Origin: Bryobacteraceae bacterium
GTDB lineage: Bacteria > Acidobacteriota > Terriglobia > Bryobacterales > Bryobacteraceae
NCBI GenBank assembly: GCA_049521155.1
Contig: JBEKPC010000006.1
Coordinates: 262 to 64,261 of the forward strand
Reading direction: 5' to 3'
Length of the DNA: 64,000 nucleotides
Numbering within the stretch: position 1 is the stretch's first letter; each line of letters starts with the position of its first letter. Below are positions 58,452 through 64,000 of this stretch, one piece after another. The notes beneath the pieces were generated by a model. That model was not told where the DNA came from. It ran no database searches and was given only the letters and a program-made list of their open reading frames with translations. The translations under genes and the position numbers were made by a program.

Positions 58452-60276
58452 CCGCCGCGCCCAGTGCGTTTCGTGGCCCCAAAAGTTGCGACGCTTTTTC
58501 GAGCAGCGCGGCCTGCGTGAATGGACGCCGCATTTCGTTGGGAGCCGCCTCGGGCTCATCGACAATGCGCAAAACCTGCAACTCCGGGTGGTCCTTTCGC
58601 AGAACCGCGCCGATCCGGTCCGCATCCGCTGCCTCCGCCACCAGCAGGTCCAGCGAGCCCTCATGCACCTCGCCTAATGTGAGCGCTTCCTGATCGTCCA
58701 CCGCTTCCAGCAGGTTGTATCCCTCCGCCTCGAAAAAATTGTGCAGCTGCGCGCGCACTCGCTCCCGGTAATCCACCAGCAACACGGAAGCAACGTTACC
58801 CGGTTCCAGACCGCCTTCCGGCAGCGCCGTTTCTGAGGCGAGCGGCAGTAGCATCTCGAACCGGTAGCCAGGCGACATCCCGTGCGCGGAGATGTATCCC
58901 CCTTGCTCGGCCACGGTGCTGTGAACCATCGCCAGTGCCAAGCCGTCTTCAGCGATGGAGGCTGGCTCGAACAGCTTTTCGAGGTCCGGTTCCTGTCCGG
59001 TATGGGTGATGTTTAGGGTGGAGTAGCTCGCCATTGAATGAAGCCGCGGAAGGTCCGTTTTCCCGGTTTCAATCAGCAACTGGCCGCCCTCCGGCATCAT
59101 CGCGCATGCATGGAGCACCAGGTTCACGATCGCCTGCTCCAATTGTGCGGCGTCTACCCTGACTTGGCCGGCCATGGGAGACAAACGAATTGCCAGCTCT
59201 ATCGTCGGGCCTGCCACCGATTCAATCAGTTTCGACATGCGCCGTAAAACACCGTTCATGCTCAGCAACTCCGGCTGCTCGGTCGCCTGCCTGGTGCCGA
59301 ACCGGGTCAGCCTGCGCGTGAGTTCCTCGGCCGCGGCCGCCGATTCCTGGATCTGCTCAATCGACTGCCGCGCGGGCGAGTACTCGCCAAACTGACGCAG
59401 CAACTGTTCCGACTGGTTCCGGACGATCGCCAGCAGGCTGGAGTATTCATCGGAAACACGCGCCGCCAGCCTGCCCGCCGCGTCCACTTTTTGTGCCTGC
59501 CGAAGCTGCTTCTCTTCCCACAAGCGCGCGCTCACGTCACGAAACGTCAGCACCGTTCCCAGCGCAATGCCGGAGGCCTTTACCGGCGCCGCCGACCCTT
59601 CAATCATCATCTGGACCCCGCTGCGGGAGACCAACTGGCAGGACCGGTCGAGAGGCATCACCGCGTCCTTCAGAATCGCCAGCGGCACCGGATCCTCCGC
59701 CGGTTCGCCTGATTCGGCGTCCACCAGCCGCACCACCCGCAACACCGGTTGCCCTTCCGCTTCCGCGTGGGTCCATCCAGTGAGATTCTGCGCCGCGGCA
59801 TTCAGCATCAGCACACGGCTCAGATGATCGGTCACCACCACGGCGTCGGCCACCGAACCGAGGGTGGTCCGCAACAGCGCCTCCCGCTCTTCGAGTTTCC
59901 GCTCGATCCGGTGTTTATAAAGCGCAATTTCAATGGCGCTGTTCAGCGACCCATGCGCAATGGGTTTGACCAGATAACCGAACGCGCCGGTCACCTTGGC
60001 GCGGTCCAGCGTTTGCCGGTCGGCATGGGCGGTCAAGAAGACCACCGGAAGATGATACTGCTCGCGAAGACGCGCTGCCGCCTCAATGCCGTCGACCGGT
60101 CCGTCGATGCGGATGTCCATCAACACGATATCCGCCCCCGCTGCCTGCTCGAGCGCCTCCTCAGCCGTGCTCACGGTACCCACCACCACGTGGCCCAGAG
60201 CCTCAAGACGGGTCGAAATGTCGTGTGCGATCAGACCTTCGTCCTCTACAATCAGTACTTTGCATTTGTTGTCCAC
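58432..60276 (-). CDS. Response regulator: REC - PAS - degenerate histidine-kinase-like domain - degenerate REC-like domain
   Basis: 614 aa. The N-terminal REC is intact (VEDE, LMD, T, K positions). A PAS region follows. DHp-like GRLAARVSDEYSSLL has Asp at the phospho-His position. N box reads NLVLHACAMM, G1 HTGQEP, G2 DGLALA. The C-terminal receiver-like fold has VLLVDYRE and DLLVAEA. Confidence 0.85.
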   Translation of the reverse strand: MDNKCKVLIVEDEGLIAHDISTRLEALGHVVVGTVSTAEEALEQAAGADIVLMDIRIDGPVDGIEAAARLREQYHLPVVFLTAHADRQTLDRAKVTGAFGYLVKPIAHGSLNSAIEIALYKHRIERKLEEREALLRTTLGSVADAVVVTDHLSRVLMLNAAAQNLTGWTHAEAEGQPVLRVVRLVDAESGEPAEDPVPLAILKDAVMPLDRSCQLVSRSGVQMMIEGSAAPVKASGIALGTVLTFRDVSARLWEEKQLRQAQKVDAAGRLAARVSDEYSSLLAIVRNQSEQLLRQFGEYSPARQSIEQIQESAAAAEELTRRLTRFGTRQATEQPELLSMNGVLRRMSKLIESVAGPTIELAIRLSPMAGQVRVDAAQLEQAIVNLVLHACAMMPEGGQLLIETGKTDLPRLHSMASYSTLNITHTGQEPDLEKLFEPASIAEDGLALAMVHSTVAEQGGYISAHGMSPGYRFEMLLPLASETALPEGGLEPGNVASVLLVDYRERVRAQLHNFFEAEGYNLLEAVDDQEALTLGEVHEGSLDLLVAEAADADRIGAVLRKDHPELQVLRIVDEPEAAPNEMRRPFTQAALLEKASQLLGPRNALGAAATSSSI

Positions 60277-60345
60277 TCTTCGCCTCCAGGCTGCCTCCTC
60301 CGTTTTCCTGTCACTTATAGAAGTGGCCCGACCGGGCAGATATTC

Positions 60346-60690
60346 TCATTTTTCCGTTTTCGAATTGCGTTTGCGATTACGGACGGCTTGTATCTTAAGA
60401 AATAGACCCTGGCATTTCTCGCCTGCGGCTCTGGTCGCCTCCCACAGCTTCACTTGGGCGCCATAGAGGCGGCTCGCGGTCGGCCGGTCGAGTTCGGACT
60501 GTAGCTCTGACTTTTTTTGTTTAGCCTCCATCCACTTCAACGTAAGAAGAGTTTCCTCTCCCGGAGGCGCTCTTGGCGCTGGCTCGCGGGAGGATCGCGT
60601 GAGGTTTCGCAGGCGACGGCGGAAATTGACCAGCATATGCACCGCCGCGGACAGAGCCCGCAACGCCGCATCCATCATTTTTCTAATCAC
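60346..60690 (-). CDS. Hypothetical helical/basic protein (weak)
   Basis: 114-aa ORF filling the gap between kinase and regulator on the same strand. No recognisable family. Arg/Lys-rich, so it may be spurious. Confidence 0.3.
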   Translation of the reverse strand: MIRKMMDAALRALSAAVHMLVNFRRRLRNLTRSSREPAPRAPPGEETLLTLKWMEAKQKKSELQSELDRPTASRLYGAQVKLWEATRAAGEKCQGLFLKIQAVRNRKRNSKTEK

Positions 60691-60749
60691 TTAGAACAGT
60701 GTCATCGGCGCTAAATATCTCTCAGCCAGAGTGCTCAAACTGCCCCTTG

Positions 60750-62027
60750 TCATTTTGAAACTGTAGTCCGATATGGAAAGGAAACACGAAAAATCGAACC
60801 CGCTCCCGGCTCCCTTGCCGCGTCCGGCTGCTCGAAGGTCCCCTTCAGTTGGCGGCCCAGGATTTCGACGATCTTCAGCCCCAACGATTGGCGCCGGGAC
60901 CGCTCGGCTGTTTTCCCGGAAACACCGGTCCCGTCGTCTTCTACGACCAGTTGAACCCGGCCGTCGCAAAGACCGCCTTTTACCAGAATGGAGCCGTGCC
61001 GGCCATCCGGAAAGGCGTGCTTGAGCGCATTTGAAATCAGCTCGTTCAGAATCAAACCGGCGGGAATTGCCTTATCGACACTCAATTCGAAAGGGCTGAT
61101 CTCCACCCGCCCGGTAATGAGCGCCGGGTCTACTCCATAGGAAACAAACAGGTTGCCGACCAGCACCGTCGTATACTCGGCGAAATTCACAGCGTTCCAG
61201 TCGGCTGAGTTATAGAGGTGGGCGTGAATCAAAGCCATGGATTCCACGCGCAACTGGGTCTCCCGCAGCGCGTCCGCCACCTGATCGTTCGGATACCCCT
61301 CGGCTTGCATCCGCAGCAGGCTGGCAATCACCTGTAGATTGTTATTCACCCGATGGTGTACTTCGTTCAGCAGAATGTCCTTTTCGGCAACCGACTGGGC
61401 GAGTTCCTCCACCTTGCCGCTCAGCTTGGAATTGGCGTCCAGCAGGTCCACGTTCGAAGACCGGAGCCTCTCGTTGGTTTCGGCCAAATCCCGTTTCAGG
61501 ACCGTGCTATACCGTTCCCGCAGAAACGCGTGGCCCAGCGTTCCCAGCAGGTTACCGTACGCCGTCAGATTCGTATGACTCACTGGGACCAACCTCCGTG
61601 CGATATCCCAAAGTTTCTGCCCCGAAATGCCAAACTCCCGCGCCACTTCTTCCAGTAAAAGCAGTTCGGGATATTGCACGAATACCTGCCCGGCCAGCAG
61701 TGTTCCCAAATGCCGATCGGCCAGGAACAACGGTGCCGCGACGTGCACGAATCCTCCTAGTCCCCATGCTAGAACCACAGAACGGGTTCGCTCCGCATCG
61801 GCGGCCGCCGTGCAGCGTCCGCTCGCATTCAGACAGAAAAGGCAGCCGCGACCCCATTCGGGCCGGACTTCCCGCGCCAGACTCCAGATCGGCTGCGCAT
61901 TGTGGCATTTCCCGATCAGATGGCCGTCATGGTCGACCAATGCCACCGCAACGTCGATGCTGCGGGCATACGACTCTAGAACTTCCCCCCAGCTTTCGGA
62001 ATCGAGCAGCTCATGAGTGGTGGGCAC
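60750..62027 (-). CDS. Sensor histidine kinase: PocR-like Cys-rich sensor domain + HisKA_2-type DHp + HATPase
   Basis: 425 aa. The N-terminal LVDHDG...GCLFCLNASGRCTAAAD...PLFLADRHLGTLLAGQVF resembles PocR. HRVNNNLQVIASLL is a HisKA_2/HWE-type H box. NELISNALKHAF N box and DDGTG G1 are intact. Confidence 0.85.
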   Translation of the reverse strand: MPTTHELLDSESWGEVLESYARSIDVAVALVDHDGHLIGKCHNAQPIWSLAREVRPEWGRGCLFCLNASGRCTAAADAERTRSVVLAWGLGGFVHVAAPLFLADRHLGTLLAGQVFVQYPELLLLEEVAREFGISGQKLWDIARRLVPVSHTNLTAYGNLLGTLGHAFLRERYSTVLKRDLAETNERLRSSNVDLLDANSKLSGKVEELAQSVAEKDILLNEVHHRVNNNLQVIASLLRMQAEGYPNDQVADALRETQLRVESMALIHAHLYNSADWNAVNFAEYTTVLVGNLFVSYGVDPALITGRVEISPFELSVDKAIPAGLILNELISNALKHAFPDGRHGSILVKGGLCDGRVQLVVEDDGTGVSGKTAERSRRQSLGLKIVEILGRQLKGTFEQPDAAREPGAGSIFRVSFPYRTTVSK

Positions 62028-62037
62028 GGATCCCCGG

Positions 62038-63597
62038 CTATTTCCCGACCTTCGCCGTGCGGGACTTTCCGTTGCCCGCGGTGACTCGTGCCGGGGCCCG
62101 GCTTAGCACGCTCAGGTAGCTCTCGATCGGCAGAACGGGCAGTGCATCATCCGGGCTGATCGGCCGCAGCGCGATTCCTCCTTTTCCTATCGTGAATTCC
62201 CGCGTGTCGAATTCATGATTGCACCCACGCGCCTTCACCACCGCGATACAGCGGCGCAGCGTGCTCCCTATTTCCACCAGAGACATCAGAATGATGTTGT
62301 CCACAATGGACCCCACCGCAGACTCCGGCATGTACGACGAGATCCCGAATAATTCCGGATTCTCATAGTTGAAAAATGTCGTCATCAGGCGGGATTTGCT
62401 GTACGCCACCAGCGCCTGGAAAAAATCGCGGTAGGACCTCTGACTGTCGATCGCCGTGCTGTAACTGGTCACGCCGTCGATCACCAGCCGTTGAATGTCA
62501 TTCTCCTCGACCGTCCGCACGATGCGGGCGAAATGGGAGTCGATCTCCAGTTCCTGGGGACTCTCATAGAGAACGTGGATCATCCCGGAGTCGATATGTT
62601 CCCTGAGATCGAGACCCAGCGTTTCGGCATTCCGGACGATCTGCGCCGGGTGCTCGTCGAGTGAAACCAGCAGGCCGCGTTTCCCATCCTTCACCACCCC
62701 TTCGCGTAAAAGCTGAGTGCCGAGCACGGTTTTTCCCACTCCCGAAATGCCCACCACCATGGTCGTCGAGCCCTCGAAAAGGCCGCCGCCGATCAAATCA
62801 TCCAGCGCCTGCACCCCTATCACGGAGCGCTTCGAAGTCGACGTCGGTTGGTCCAGATTGCGAGTCACAGGCGCCTGCACGCGGCGAAAAACCTGCAATC
62901 CTTTCCCGGAAGTAATTCTCAGGGTGTGCCTGGCGGGCGCGTAATCCTGCCCCCGGCTCTTGATGATCTCGATGCTGCGATGGCCCAGCCGCCGGCCGCC
63001 ATCGCGAGCCAGCTCGATCACCGTATCGGCCAGAAAACCGGCCGATGCAAGTGTGGAAAGGGCCTCGTCCCCGAACCCGACCTCATGCGCAAAAATGGCG
63101 GTCAGATTTCCCCGCTGTAAACCCTCCAGCAGTTGTTGTAACAGCTCCCGGTAGGAGCCTGGACCGGTGCCGGGCAGCCGCACGCCATCGTTAGGCGCAG
63201 GTCTCAGCAACCCGATTCCGTCAATGAAAATGCGCCGGGCTCCCATTTCGACCGCCGTTTCCAGCAGCAGGCTATTGGGCGAGCGCAGCTCTGATTCCAG
63301 CACCTCCGGACTCGTAAAAATGACTTTCAGCTTATTCTGCCGTTGGAGTTCCTCTAATTCCCAGCCGAATAGCACCGCATCCCGGATCAACTTGGTCGGA
63401 TTGGTCTCAAAAACGACGATGATACCCGGCTCATCATACGCGGTGATCCCCCGGTAGACGAATTCCACGCCCATCAGGGTTTTGCCCGTCCCGGCCGCGC
63501 CCTGCACCAGGATCATATTGGCCCGCGGAATTCCCCCATAGAGAATCTCATCCAGCCCCTCAATTCCCGTCTTGGTCATGGTCGCTTGGATGTCCAT
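62038..63597 (-). CDS. kaiC: KaiC-like double RecA-fold ATPase
   Basis: 519 aa. TGIEGLDEILYGGIP, two Walker A motifs (GAAGTGKT and GISGVGKT), two KaiC-type halves, KARGCNHEFDTREFTI near the C-terminus. Confidence 0.88.
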   Translation of the reverse strand: MDIQATMTKTGIEGLDEILYGGIPRANMILVQGAAGTGKTLMGVEFVYRGITAYDEPGIIVVFETNPTKLIRDAVLFGWELEELQRQNKLKVIFTSPEVLESELRSPNSLLLETAVEMGARRIFIDGIGLLRPAPNDGVRLPGTGPGSYRELLQQLLEGLQRGNLTAIFAHEVGFGDEALSTLASAGFLADTVIELARDGGRRLGHRSIEIIKSRGQDYAPARHTLRITSGKGLQVFRRVQAPVTRNLDQPTSTSKRSVIGVQALDDLIGGGLFEGSTTMVVGISGVGKTVLGTQLLREGVVKDGKRGLLVSLDEHPAQIVRNAETLGLDLREHIDSGMIHVLYESPQELEIDSHFARIVRTVEENDIQRLVIDGVTSYSTAIDSQRSYRDFFQALVAYSKSRLMTTFFNYENPELFGISSYMPESAVGSIVDNIILMSLVEIGSTLRRCIAVVKARGCNHEFDTREFTIGKGGIALRPISPDDALPVLPIESYLSVLSRAPARVTAGNGKSRTAKVGK

Positions 63598-63682
63598 GAC
63601 TACTAGTGGGGGAGGAGAACATTTTTTCTCAAGACGCGTTACGACATGGAACCGATTCCCGTTTTAGGCGTCAAATCCGTAA

Positions 63683-64000
63683 ATGTATACCTTACTGGCC
63701 GCATTGCTGATTCTAACGGCGCAGGATGCCAAGCGGCCGGAGTTCGAGGTCGCCTCCATCAAGCCATCCGCGCCTGATGCACGAGGCATGTGGATTCGCA
63801 ACTCGCCCGGAGGAAGGGTCAACATCACCAACATGACCCTGAAGGAACTGATCGTGATCGCCTGGCGCATTCAGCCCTACCAGATCTCCGGTGGACCGCC
63901 CTGGCTCGATTCTTTGCACTACGATATCTCGGCAAAAGCGGAAAATACCCTGAAACAGGGCGAATTCCCGCTGCTCCTTCAATCGCTGCTCGAGGACCGT
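63683..64000 (+). CDS. TIGR03435-like (Solibacter-expanded) hypothetical protein, N-terminal part (runs off window end)
   Basis: Own translation from the ATG at 63683, preceded by an in-frame TAA: MYTLLAALLILTAQDAKRPEFEVASIKPSAPDARGMWIRNSPGGRVNITNMTLKELIVIAWRIQPYQISGGPPWLDSLHYDISAKAE... The FEVASIKP / LI..AY...Y.I.GGP.W / DI.AK pattern matches the family as I recall it. Confidence 0.7.
   Translation, partial: MYTLLAALLILTAQDAKRPEFEVASIKPSAPDARGMWIRNSPGGRVNITNMTLKELIVIAWRIQPYQISGGPPWLDSLHYDISAKAENTLKQGEFPLLLQSLLEDR

Overview
GC-rich chromosomal segment (GC not computed), gene-dense on both strands. I saw no rRNA, CRISPR array, transposase or integrase. The likely source is an acidobacterium close to Candidatus Solibacter / Bryobacterales. 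This rests on three lineage-typical protein families recalled from memory of the TIGRFAM definitions: a Soli_cterm-type C-terminal domain (33467..35560), an acidobacterial VWFA-related protein (40081..41106) and a TIGR03435-like partial ORF (63683..64000). Carboxypeptidase-regulatory-type TonB receptors and a PEP-CTERM-like tail fit the same picture.

Content in order:
- Tandem M24 peptidases, an SDR, an alkylsulfatase-like MBL hydrolase, modBC and a tryptophanase-family lyase.
- An F1Fo ATP synthase sub-operon (b', b, delta, alpha, gamma, beta, short epsilon) with no a/c subunit genes.
- recA.
- A surface-polymer and motility block: YfhO-like protein, HDOD protein, priming sugar transferase, ACP, Ser-variant KAS III, Flp pilin, fliW-csrA-flagellin, GT2, fcl and gmd.
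- tRNA(CAU), tRNA-Leu(GAG), secG, glutaryl-CoA dehydrogenase, a TonB receptor, pyruvate kinase, a VWA-SPFH-SPFH operon and PEP carboxylase.
- Two pairs of secreted M16 peptidases, a HicAB + HigBA toxin-antitoxin islet, and rplM-rpsI and rpsB-tsf-pyrH-frr.
- A KaiC-like ATPase / PocR-sensor kinase / response-regulator-pseudokinase cluster.

The items most worth follow-up:
1. The kaiA/kaiB-less KaiC-like signalling cluster, whose terminal regulator carries a kinase domain with the phospho-His and ATP-binding motifs substituted.
2. The sugar transferase-ACP-KAS III locus, where the KAS III catalytic Cys is Ser.
3. A complete FliW-CsrA-flagellin partner-switch module with a textbook AGGA-loop hairpin and an SD-overlapping GGA site in front of a 796-aa flagellin.
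4. Three families of short dispersed intergenic repeats that annotation would not explain.

All homology calls come from reading the translations. No database search was run.
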